NCBI GenBank assembly: GCA_020445765.1 | Contig: JAGRFY010000060.1 | Coordinates: forward strand, 1,449 to 65,448 | From: Rhodocyclaceae bacterium | Lineage (GTDB): Bacteria > Pseudomonadota > Gammaproteobacteria > Burkholderiales > Rhodocyclaceae | Length of the DNA: 64,000 nt | Reading direction: 5' to 3' | In this document: positions 1 through 9,600 of the stretch, piece after piece | Layout of the letters: each line of letters opens with the position of its first letter | Position numbering within the stretch: the first letter of the stretch is position 1 | The notes under the pieces: generated by a model | What the model saw: only the letters and a program-made list of their open reading frames with translations | Databases searched by the model: none | Told to the model about the DNA's origin: nothing | Position numbers and translations under genes: made by a program

Positions 1-290
1 CTCAAAGCCTTGCCGCGTCAAGGGTTAGCTTCGCCGGGCTTTCGCCCGCCCTTGACCCGGCGGATCCACGGCAAATGTCGTGCCCGAATTTTCCGCGCCG
101 CCGGATTTGTGCGGAAATCAGTCGCCGCTGACACCGGTTCAGCGTGCATCTTTGAATGCGCCGCGGCCGCCATGGATTGCTCGGGTCCGGGGAGCTTTTT
201 GCTGTACGGCCCCAGTCGTCGAATGGCAGCTTGCCGCAAGTTCGACGGGCGGCTTCGGGTCGAGTGGCGACCGACGGCTCCTCAGATTCG

Positions 291-359
291 TCGCCGGAAA
301 GCTGACGTTCAAGGTTCGCTTCCGGATACCTGCCGCTCGCCGATGAGTTGATTCGACCC
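291..359. repeat. 69-bp degenerate direct repeat, copy 1
   Basis: Ungapped alignment with 1331-1399 gives 57/69 identical bases (hand count). Confidence 0.8.
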
Positions 360-659
360 CAAGCGGCCATCCATGCTCCCATGAAGCCGCCGTTCCTGCA
401 GACTGGGTCTCAGCGAGTTTCGCTGCCGTGAAGCCGCCGTTCATGAGCTCGCGCATCCACCAGTAGCCACCCGCTGGATGGAAAGGCAGTGGATAGCGAA
501 ATTCCATAGTGAATTCTTACCAATATGGACTAGGCTTAAGCGCGGCGTGTCAATGCGACAACAGGAGGAGTCTTTTCTTGGAGGAGAGCGGTTCTTGTTG
601 CAGCAAGCAATGGCGACAAGACCTAGATTTTTTGGATAAATACAAAACGGGAGGGCTCA

Positions 660-1151
660 ATGTTCAAGCTCAGCGCAAATATGTTTAATGGTTTGCTTGC
701 GGGAATTTTGGCCTCGTTAGCCACAAGCGCGGCAGCACAGGAAATGCCGAAGCAGTTCGAATTTTCTGTGACTTACCATGCGGTAGTCACCAGCGATATG
801 GTCACCCTTGCTGAGAAGGACTTCGCAGGCAGCTTCCATGGGAAATTTATCGCCACCAACGATTCCGGTGGGGTTTTCATGCACAACATGTTCGGAAACT
901 GCTCGTACGCCGTTGTCCGTGCGAAAGGGGTGCTGGAGATGAGCGGCGGATGTACTTACACAGACAAGGATGGCGATCAACTCTACGAAACCTTCAAGAT
1001 CCCCCCCGGTGGCAGCGGCGAAATCGCATTCGTTGGTGGCACCGGGAAGTTCGCAGGCATTGAGTGCGCGGGTAAGTTCGAGACCGTGGCGCGCAGCCAA
1101 GATCGTTCGATGGCGATTGGCAAGAAGAACGGATCCTGCAAACGCCCATAA
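660..1151 (+). CDS. Secreted hypothetical protein, probable dirigent/allene-oxide-cyclase-like beta-barrel
   Basis: GGAGGG RBS, signal peptide ending AAA-Q, C-terminal IAFVGGTGKFAG motif; visibly lower GC than the flanks. Confidence 0.75.
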   Translation: MFKLSANMFNGLLAGILASLATSAAAQEMPKQFEFSVTYHAVVTSDMVTLAEKDFAGSFHGKFIATNDSGGVFMHNMFGNCSYAVVRAKGVLEMSGGCTYTDKDGDQLYETFKIPPGGSGEIAFVGGTGKFAGIECAGKFETVARSQDRSMAIGKKNGSCKRP

Positions 1152-1330
1152 GGTGTTGTTACGGCTGACGGCATCTAGAAGGAGCAGTTTGCTAACGCGT
1201 GTTCCCGTTAGCGCACTCCGAGTGCGGGCCGTTCTTCCGAACGGCTCGCGTACGCATTTGCCATAGTTGCTCTTCCTAGGGCGTGAGAGACCGTAGGGTT
1301 CCAATTCCACTCGGCGACTCTTTAGGTTCA

Positions 1331-1399
1331 TCGCCTGAAAGCTGCCGTTCGAGGTTCGCTCCCCGTAAGCTGACGCTGGCCGGTGAGTGGATTCGACCC
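1331..1399. repeat. 69-bp degenerate direct repeat, copy 2
   Basis: Matches 291-359 at 57/69 positions without gaps. Confidence 0.8.
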
Positions 1400-1625
1400 A
1401 GTGGAGCCGGTCAGAAATCCGAAAAGCTGTCGTTCAACGGTCAGGGTTTATCCCTCGCGTCACCGAGTTCCGCCCTTGGCGCGAGCGGTGCCGCGAGGGA
1501 TAAGCCTTGTTGTGTTGGCTCCGACCGAAAACTGACCATCTGAGAGGGTGTGCACCGACTGAAAATTGACCAGGGTGTTTAACCTGCCTGCCTCATTTTG
1601 AGGCGGGGTGTTTGAGGTGATCACC

Positions 1626-3121
1626 ATGGAAATGTTAGGCAAGGTGAGGAGGCTGTTCCTGCGGGATAGCCTGAGGGTTTCGGAAATTTCTCGGCGGACG
1701 GGCCTGTCGCGAAACACCATCAAGAAGTGGCTGAGGGAGGACGGTCCGGTTGAGCCGCGCTACCGGCGCGAGCCACATCCGGGCAAGCTCACGCCGCTTC
1801 ATTCCTACCTGCTGCAAGCACTCGAAGCGGATCGGGGCGGCCGAAACGCGAGCGCCGGACGGCGAAGGCGCTGCTGGTCGAGCTGAAATCGCAAGGCTAT
1901 GGCGGCGGCTATTCGATCCTGAACGACTTCATCCGCCGTTGGCGCGATCAGAAGTCGGCCAACGCGCCGACACGCGCCTTCGTGCCGCTGAAGTTCGAAC
2001 TGGGCGAAGCCTTCCAGTTCGACTGGAGCGAGGAACGGCTGGTGATCGGCGGCGTGTGGCGTCGGCTGATGGTCGCGCACTTGAAGCTGTGCGCAAGCCG
2101 CGCTTTCGTGCTGGTCGCCTATCCGAGCCAGGAGCACGAGATGCTGTTCGACGCCCATACCCGCAGCTTTGCGGCGCTGGGTGGCATCCCCCGGCGCGGC
2201 ATCTATGACAACATGAAGACCGCGGTCGACAAGGTCAGGAAGGGCAAGGGCCGCGTCGTCAATGCACGCTTCTCGGCGCTGTGCGCCCACTACCTGTTCG
2301 AGCCGGACTTCTGCAATGTCGCTTCGGGCTGGGAGAAAGGCGTCGTGGAGAAGAACGTCCAGGACAGTCGGCGGCGGATCTGGCTGGAAGCCGGCAAGCT
2401 GCGGTTCAGCAGCTTTGCCGAACTGAACGACTGGCTACTCCGACGCTGCCAGGCCCTGTGGCAGGAGTTGAAGCACCCCGAGTACGAGCTGACGATCGCG
2501 GAGATGCTCGAGCACGAACAGCCGCAGCTGATGCCGATGATCGCCCCGTTCGACGGCTACGTCGAAGAGACCGGGCGGGTCTCCAGCACCTGTCTGGTGA
2601 GCGCGGCCCGCAATCCTTACTCCGTGCCCTGCGAACTGGCAGGCCGGCTGATCAGCAAGCGCTTCTACCCCGAGCACATCGATGTCGTCTTCGACGATCG
2701 TTTGGTGGCGAGCCATGGGCGCCTGTTCGATCGCGGCCAGACGCGTTATGACTGGCTGCACTACCTGCCGCTGGTCGAGAGAAAGCCCGGCGTACTCAGA
2801 AACGGCGCGCCATTCGCCCAGATGCCCACGCCGTTCGTTCGCCTGCAGCGTCTGCTGTTGCGCCGAGATGGCGGCGACCGAGTGATGAGCCGGGTGCTGG
2901 CGATGATTCCGAAGGTCGGGCTCGATGCGGTACAGGTCGCCGTCGAACTGATGCTCGAATCGGGCCAGATCAGTGTCGAGCACGTGCTCAACGTGATCAA
3001 CCGGCTGCAGCAGGCGCCGACGCCGCAAAGTGTGGAGACTGCGCTGTCGATCAAGACTGCGCCGACAGCCGATACCGGGCGCTACGACCGGCTGCGCAGG
3101 AAGGAGACCGGCCATGCGTGA
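1626..3121 (+). pseudogene. istA: IS21 transposase IstA, frameshifted near 1832-1840
   Basis: The N-terminal HTH (SEISRRTGLSRNTIKKWL) is in one frame. The continuation RPKRERRTAKALL...AFQFDW...IYDNMKTAV...GWEKGVVE is in the -1 frame, with the junction at GATCGGGGCGGCCG. A sequencing error cannot be excluded. Confidence 0.85.
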
Positions 3122-3899
3122 TCTCGTCACCGAACTGAAGGCGCTGCGCCTATACGGCATGGCAACGGCCTGGGGAGAATGGGCGGCGCGGGACGAAGCC
3201 GACCTATCGCACAGCCGACAGTGCCTCGAACAGTTGCTCGAAGCGGAACGCACGGACCGTGCGATGCGTTCGGTCCGCTACCAGATGCACGCCGCGCGCT
3301 TCCCCGTGCACCGCGATCTGGCCGGATTCGACTTCGCCCAGTCGCCGGTGGAGCGCAAGCTGATCCTTGAACTGGCCGACTGCCACTTCACCGACGAGGT
3401 CCACAACGTCGTGTTCATCGGTGGGCCTGGCACGGGCAAGTCGCACCTGGCCACGGCGATTGGTGTCTCGGGCATCACCCGCCACGGCCGGCGCGTGCGC
3501 TTCCATTCCACGGTCGATCTGGTCAACGCGCTCGAACAGGAGAAGGCCGCGGGACGGGCCGGCAGGATGGCCCAGACGCTCAAGAACATCGATCTGCTGA
3601 TCCTGGACGAACTGGGCTACCTGCCGTTCAGTCAGGCCGGCGGCGCGCTGCTCTTCCATCTGCTCTCCAAGCTCTACGAACACACCAGCGTGATGATTAC
3701 GACCAACTTGACGTTCGGCGAATGGGCCAGCGTATTTGTCGATGCCAAGATGACCACGGCGCTGCTCGACCGCCTCACCCACCACTGTCACATCGTCGAG
3801 ACCGGGAACGACTCCTACCGCTTCCAGCACAGTACGGGAGTCGCCAAGGCGCGGATCCGTTCCCGCGAGAGCGCCCGGCACGAGCCCGTACCCGGGTAA
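3114..3899 (+). CDS. istB: IS21 helper ATPase IstB
   Basis: Walker [10 protein letters not shown], Walker [14 protein letters not shown] and LLDRLTHH motifs; overlaps the istA stop. Confidence 0.95.
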   Translation: MRDLVTELKALRLYGMATAWGEWAARDEADLSHSRQCLEQLLEAERTDRAMRSVRYQMHAARFPVHRDLAGFDFAQSPVERKLILELADCHFTDEVHNVVFIGGPGTGKSHLATAIGVSGITRHGRRVRFHSTVDLVNALEQEKAAGRAGRMAQTLKNIDLLILDELGYLPFSQAGGALLFHLLSKLYEHTSVMITTNLTFGEWASVFVDAKMTTALLDRLTHHCHIVETGNDSYRFQHSTGVAKARIRSRESARHEPVPG

Positions 3900-3906
3900 G
3901 CTCGCC

Positions 3907-3957
3907 GTCGCCGTGTCCGCCGCTTCGGGCTACGCCCTTCGCGGCGGACACGACGAC
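3907..3957. repeat. GC-rich stem-loop downstream of istB inside the IS
   Basis: 17-bp arms with 1 mismatch (GTCGCCGTGTCCGCCGC / GCGGCGGACACGACGAC) enclosing an inner GGGCTACGCCC hairpin. Confidence 0.75.
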
Positions 3958-4102
3958 TTCCATCCAACGTCAGCCGCAGAAAAGGAGGATCCACAGGCCG
4001 CAAAGCGATAAACTTATCCACAGCTGCCTTCATGACAAGCAGCTATCGCCCCTGGTCAGAATTCAATCGGCACCCCTGGTCAAATTTGGATCGGCGCGGA
4101 CA

Positions 4103-4277
4103 GGCCGGGCGACTGGTGCGGCTCGACGTGCAGGGTACGCCGGTGCTGCACAAATGGAACGTCGTCGTGCGCAGCGACCTCGCTGTTACGCCCGCCGTGC
4201 CGACCCTGTTCGACTTCCTGTGCGACAACGGCGCCTCGCTGGTGCGCGGCATGGTGGGGAACGCGCTGGCCGTTTGA
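4103..4277 (+). pseudogene. 3' remnant of a LysR-family regulator truncated at the IS end
   Basis: GRLVRLDVQGTPVLHKWNVVVRSDLAVTPAVPTLFDFL resembles the C-terminal LysR substrate-binding segment and starts exactly at the IS right end. Confidence 0.65.
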
Positions 4278-4368
4278 GGCGACTGCCTTGCTGCGATGCG
4301 GTGGGTCATCGACTTCGTAAGGAAACTGTTCGGCGCCTGTTCCCGTGCGGCATCACCGTCTATGGTTT

Positions 4369-4407
4369 TGGCATCAAGACCATGAATTGGTCATGGTCTT
4401 GATGCCA
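4369..4407. promoter_or_regulatory. Perfect 17-bp inverted repeat upstream of the PEP-CTERM gene
   Basis: TGGCATCAAGACCATGA-ATTGG-TCATGGTCTTGATGCCA; function unknown. Confidence 0.6.
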
Positions 4408-4430
4408 TGCCATTCTGTGGAGAACCCACC

Positions 4431-5495
4431 ATGGTCCCGTTCCTCCTCCGTTGCGCGTTTCTCCCCCTGTGCCTGTTGCTTGCGCCGGCCGCGTTCGCGG
4501 CACGCTATGCGGTCTCGAGCCAGATCTTCAGCCCTCCGCCGTCCAGCTACGATGCCGTGGCGATCGGCCCGGGCGGGCTGTACGCAACCTTTTCGTCGTT
4601 CACTCCGTCCGGCGGGTTCGGCAAATTGTGGCGCTACGAGGAGCCCCTGGAGGGCGGGGGTTACCAGGTCGTGCCGACGTCCTTCGGGCCGACGGGTGCG
4701 GTCGTCGGCTACACGGTAGAGGACTACTATGCCCACCCCTGGCGCGGCTTCGTGGAGGAGGACGGCAAGAGGACGGCGATCCTCGGCGCCGGCTATCAGA
4801 GTGTCGCGCCCGCCGCAATCAATCGCTCGGGCACGGTCGTCGGCACCGCCTACGACGACTATGGCGCAGTCCGGCATCCCTTCGTCTGGCAAGCCGGCAG
4901 CTTTTCGATTCTCGAGTCCGGTCCGTTCGCCGCGGGGCAGGCCGACGCGATCAACGACGCCGGTCTGATCGTCGGACGGCTCGATGGCCACGTCGTCACC
5001 TGGCAGGACCAGATGCTGCAAACCTATCCGGACGACATCGCCGGCCTGGCCTCCGGGCCCATGATGTTGAACCAGCGCGGCACCATTGTCGGTAACGGCA
5101 GCGTCGAAATCGGCGGGTCGCGCATTGCGCGACCCTTCGTTTGGCAGGAAGGCGTTCCCACCTTCCTGCAGGCGCTGACGCCGCAAGCCAATGCCGGCGC
5201 CTGCGGCATCAACGGCGCGGGCCTGATCGTCGGCAGCTCGGATCGGCGCGCGGTGGCCTGGGAGAACGGCATGCTGGTGGATCTCAATGCGGTGACCGCA
5301 CTGCCGGCCGGTACCACGCTCACCGGGGCTGCGGATGTCAATGACGAGGGCCAGATCCTGGTCGCGACCTTCGATGCGTCCACTTCCATGCGCGGCATCG
5401 CCATCCTCTCGCCGGTGCCCGAGCCTGGCACGGAAGCCCTGACGCTCGCCGGCCTGATGGCGATCGCGCTGCGACTGCGTCGCCGGCAGGTCTGA
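4431..5495 (+). CDS. HAF-repeat extracellular protein with PEP-CTERM sorting signal
   Basis: Signal peptide; repeated (A/G)IN..G.(V/I)VG and PFVW motifs; C-terminal VPEPGT, hydrophobic helix and RLRRR. Confidence 0.88.
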   Translation: MVPFLLRCAFLPLCLLLAPAAFAARYAVSSQIFSPPPSSYDAVAIGPGGLYATFSSFTPSGGFGKLWRYEEPLEGGGYQVVPTSFGPTGAVVGYTVEDYYAHPWRGFVEEDGKRTAILGAGYQSVAPAAINRSGTVVGTAYDDYGAVRHPFVWQAGSFSILESGPFAAGQADAINDAGLIVGRLDGHVVTWQDQMLQTYPDDIAGLASGPMMLNQRGTIVGNGSVEIGGSRIARPFVWQEGVPTFLQALTPQANAGACGINGAGLIVGSSDRRAVAWENGMLVDLNAVTALPAGTTLTGAADVNDEGQILVATFDASTSMRGIAILSPVPEPGTEALTLAGLMAIALRLRRRQV

Positions 5496-6615
5496 GCCGA
5501 TCCGTGGCGGTGTCCGCCGGCAATCATGGCCGCAATTCGCCTCCGGACGGGACTCGCCGCCGTGCTTCCGTCCGGCCGGATCCGCTTCGCCGCACCGGCA
5601 GCCCAGTTGTAGATTCTTCACATTCGACTCGCCCATCGGCCCGGCGTTGGCTGACCGGGCCCGGTGCGCCGAAGCCTGCGGCAAGAACGACAACAGGAGA
5701 CCCGCGATGATCATTCGCAGCCCGTCGGCCCGGTGCCGAATCCGGACCTGTCCTGGCCGGCGTATCTCGAACAATGCATCGAGGCCCATCGGAATGCGCG
5801 GGATCATCAAATGCGCAGAAATGCGCAGGCTCAGGTCTCGTCTGACATCCTGACGGCGGTGGTCCTATCTCACGCGGTACATGGTGCATGACTCGCTTGC
5901 CGCCCGCCCGTCTTGTGCGCAGGTGTCGGCTACATTGCAGGCGTCCAATTGGCACAGGCCGGCCGCCAGCAATGGCCGGGTCGCTTCGGTAGGCGGCCCG
6001 GCAGCTTTCGGAGTGGAGAAGCCGCTCCAGTGGCAGGTCTCTGCGATCCCTGACCGGCAGGAGATGGCCGGCTCGGGCCCGCTGGGCGTTCAAGTTCGTC
6101 GCCGTAAGCCGGCCGTTCAAGCGGATAGGGCCGGTCCCGAGTCCTGAAATCGAAATGTAAGCTCGACCGTCGGCAAGTGGCCGGACTGAGACCACCGGAA
6201 GGCGACGCCCAACGTCCTGAGCGTTCGGGATGCTGCCTGTCATCCGCAAGAAGCGGTGTGAGCGGGTGAGCGAGGGCTTGGCGTGTCGGCCGCCCAGCCG
6301 AGGCAGCCATCCTTCGCGGACCAAGTGGCGGACCAACACACCGACGGCGTCGTCCGGATGATGGCACGCCTCCGCCTGCGCGGCGTCCGGCCTGCCGCAG
6401 CACCGCACGGAGGGTCGAAAGGAAGGAGCGCGATCCTCGCAACGGAGGGCAACAGTTTCTCAGACACGCGCCGATAAGCGTCAATCCGCCAGCAGCAGCC
6501 CGATGGGCGCGGTCGCCACACGCGCAATCCTGCACGTCGCTGTCCAGCTGCCGCAGGCGGAAGAAAGATGCTCGCGACTCTTCCAGAACCGTTCATTGGC
6601 AAAAGGGCATTCAGC

Positions 6616-9600
6616 ATGAGACTGAACTCCGTGTGTCACCTTCGGCGATCCCTGGTATTCCTGCTGTCGTGTGCAGGAGTTTCGATATGGGGGCTCGCCG
6701 AAGCCGCCGACGTGGTGATTTCAAACGGGGGTACCCTCGGCGGCACCAGCGTCATGGGCTTCGACATGGGGCAGTCGTTCACTGCCACCAAGACGGGCCG
6801 TATCACCTCGATCGAAGTCGCAGCGTCGAACAACGTGTCCGGCACAGCGACGCTGACGATATACGCGGGCGCCGGCAGTGGTGGCACCGTGCTGTACACC
6901 AAGTCGGGCATCGATTTTTCGGGGGTGGCCGCCATTGTCGATCCCAATGTGTACGGCTACACCGCCATTTCGGTGGATTCGGAAGTCAACATCACGAGCG
7001 GCAATGTCTACACCTTCCGCCTCAGCCCCAAGACGGCGATCGACATCGCTTACGTGAACTCCAACAACTACGCCGGAGGTGCGCTGTTCTCGGTCGATCT
7101 CGGCGGCTTCCAGAACGGCAACGACATCCCGTTCAAGGTGACCCAGAGCGACCCGCTGTACGATAGCGACGGCAACCTGACCGCCGGGCCGGGCGCCGAG
7201 ACCACTTTGCTCGCCTCGACCGTGGACACGGTCGGCGAAGCGATCGACCTGATGGATTTCACGATCACCGATGGCGGTGGCGGCGACGCCCGCTCGCTGA
7301 CCGCTTCGCAGATTGTCCTGCATCTCGGCGGAACCAGTTCCAACACCGAACGTTCGCAGATTGCCTGGCGCTTGAACGGGCCCGATGTGTCCAACGTGAC
7401 CGGCGTCTACAACAGCGGCAGCCAAACCGTCACCTTCTCCGGCCTGTCCATCGACGTGGCCGACGGCGGGAACGAGACCTACACCGTCAACGCCTACTTC
7501 AACAGCACGAGCAACCTGACCGACGGCCACACGGTGACGCTCAGCGTCGATGGCGATACCGACGTCACGGTGGGGACCAGCACGTCGCATTTCGGCGCGA
7601 CGACCGCCGTCAGCAACGGTTCGGGCGCGGCCATCGGCGTGGTCGCGACCCAGCTTGTGTTCAAGACCCAGCCGGCCGGTTCGGTTTCCGGGGCAGCCCT
7701 GACGACCCAGCCTGCGGTGGCAGCGACCGATGCGTTCGGCAACACCGACATCGATTTCACCGGCAATGTCACGGTCACGGAAGCCAGCCCCGGCGCGCTG
7801 TCGGGAACCAACAACCAGGCCGCCGTCGGCGGTACGGCGACGTTCTCCAACCTGGCCTACACGGCGACGGCCGACCAGGAATCCTTTACTTTGACAGCCA
7901 GTTCCGCAGGACTCACCGACGGCGCGGCCAATGCGGTGACCAGCGACGTCGTCGCAACCAAGTTGCTGTTCACCACGCAGCCCGCGCCCACCAGCCTGAC
8001 CAGCGGTAGCGCGACGAGCTTCGCCACGGTGCCGGTGGTGAAGGCGGTGAACGCCGGCGATGTCGTGGACACCGGCTACTCGACCGCCGTCGTACTCGGG
8101 GTGACCGATCCGGCCGACAGCATCGTCGACGGTACGGTCAACAACCTGAGTGGTACCGGCGATACGGACGGATCGGGTGTCACCGTCACTCTTTCGCCCG
8201 CCTCCGGCGTCGCCACCTTCACGGGACTCGGCATTCAATACACCAACGGCGGCGCCAGCGACACCATTGCGCTGCATGCGACGTCGGGGGGGCTCACGGC
8301 TGCCAACAGCGCCAGCCTCACGGTCGTGCTGCCATTGCCCACCCTCAGCAGCGCCACCTACGACGCCGCCACCGGCGTCCTGGCCGTGACGGCGGCGAAC
8401 ATGACCGGCGGTGACACCATTTCGGTGAGCAAGCTGACCCTTACCGGCGAGGGCGGCATTCCCTACGCGCTCACTTCGGCCGACGTCACCGCCAGCAGCG
8501 CCACCAGCTTCAGCGTGACGCTGAATTCAACGGACAAGGAAGCGGTGAATCGGATCCTCAACAAGAACGGAACGGCATCGACCGGGGCCACTGCCTACAA
8601 TCTGGCCGCGGCAGATGACTGGGACGCCAATTCCACCTCCGGCGACAGCAGCGACCCGAGCAACGGCGTCACGGTCAGCAATGTGGCGCAGCCGACCATC
8701 ACCAGCGCTACCTACGATGCCGCCACCGGCGTCCTGGCGGTCACCGGGACGGGCTTGCTGAGTGCTGCCGGATCCGCCAACGACATCGTCGCCACCAAGT
8801 TCTCCCTCTTCGGCCAGGGCGCCGGTGCCTATACCCTGACCGACACCGCGAATGTCGATATCGACAGCAGCACCGCCTTCACCATGAGCCTGAGCGCGAC
8901 GGACCAGGCGGGGGTCAATGCCGTGCTGGACAAGAACGGCACTGCTTCCCAGGACAACACCCCCTACAACCTGATTGCAGCCGAGGACTGGGCTGCCGGC
9001 GCCGACCCGAGCGTCAACGTGGCGGACACCAGCGGCAACGGCATTACCGTGAGCAACGCGACCGACAACGACGGGGTGCCGAATGCCGTCGAAGACGGCG
9101 TAGCCAATCCCAGTGGTGGCGGCAGTGGTGACGGCAACGGCGACGGCATCCAGGACAGCCTGCAGGGGCACGTCGCCTCTCTGCCGGCTGCGGTCGGTGG
9201 TGCCGTCGTGACCCTCGCCACCCGCGACGCCAGCGTGCCGCTCGCCGGCGTCACGGCGCTGCCGGCGCCGAACGATCCGCCGCCGGGCGTCAGTTTCCCG
9301 TTCGGCATGTTCAGCTTCACGATCACCGGCGTCGGTGCCGGCGCGACCGAGAACGTCCAGCTTTTCGTGCCGTACAACCCGGCGATCAACGGCTACTGGA
9401 AGAAGAACAATGCCAATGCCTGGGTGAATATCGCCACCAGCATCACCCGGGTCGGCAACAAGACCCGCATTGTCTTCCCGCTGACCGAGGGCGGCCCGTT
9501 CGACAGCGACGGCAACCCGGCGACGATCACCGACCCGGGCGGCCCAGGCGCCCTCGGCTTGACGACGCCGGTTCCGACCCTCTCCGAGTGGGGCATGATC

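Larger units (their letters stand above)
1513..4102 (+). mobile_element. IS21-family insertion sequence
   Basis: Left end TGTTGGCTCCGACCGAAAACTGACCA (1513) pairs with right end, reverse complement TGTCCGCGCCGATCCAAATTTGACCA (4102). Each end has a second internal repeat, and istA and istB lie inside. No target duplication seen. Confidence 0.92.

Noticed and set aside
139-507. 122-aa minus-strand ORF and overlapping ORFs at 2-382
   Set aside because: They run through the repeat modules, have no recognisable domain and are probably spurious translations of non-coding repeats.
1191-1212. attC-like GCTAAC...GTTAGC pair after the low-GC gene
   Set aside because: It spans only 22 bp, far shorter than an attC site, fits RYYYAAC/GTTRRRY poorly, and no integrase is present.
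1820-1850. Programmed ribosomal frameshift in istA
   Set aside because: There is no slippery heptamer or clear stimulatory hairpin, and IS21 istA is normally one continuous ORF here.
3030-3113. Extended istB N-terminus given by the ORF track
   Set aside because: It overlaps the istA coding end. The ATG at 3114, with an AGGAAGGAG RBS and overlap of the istA stop, is the typical start.
5524-6480. Possible transposase remnant (LVRHLVREGWL) and small ORFs at 5647-5891
   Set aside because: The resemblance is too short to support a call, and the frames lack consistent starts or motifs.
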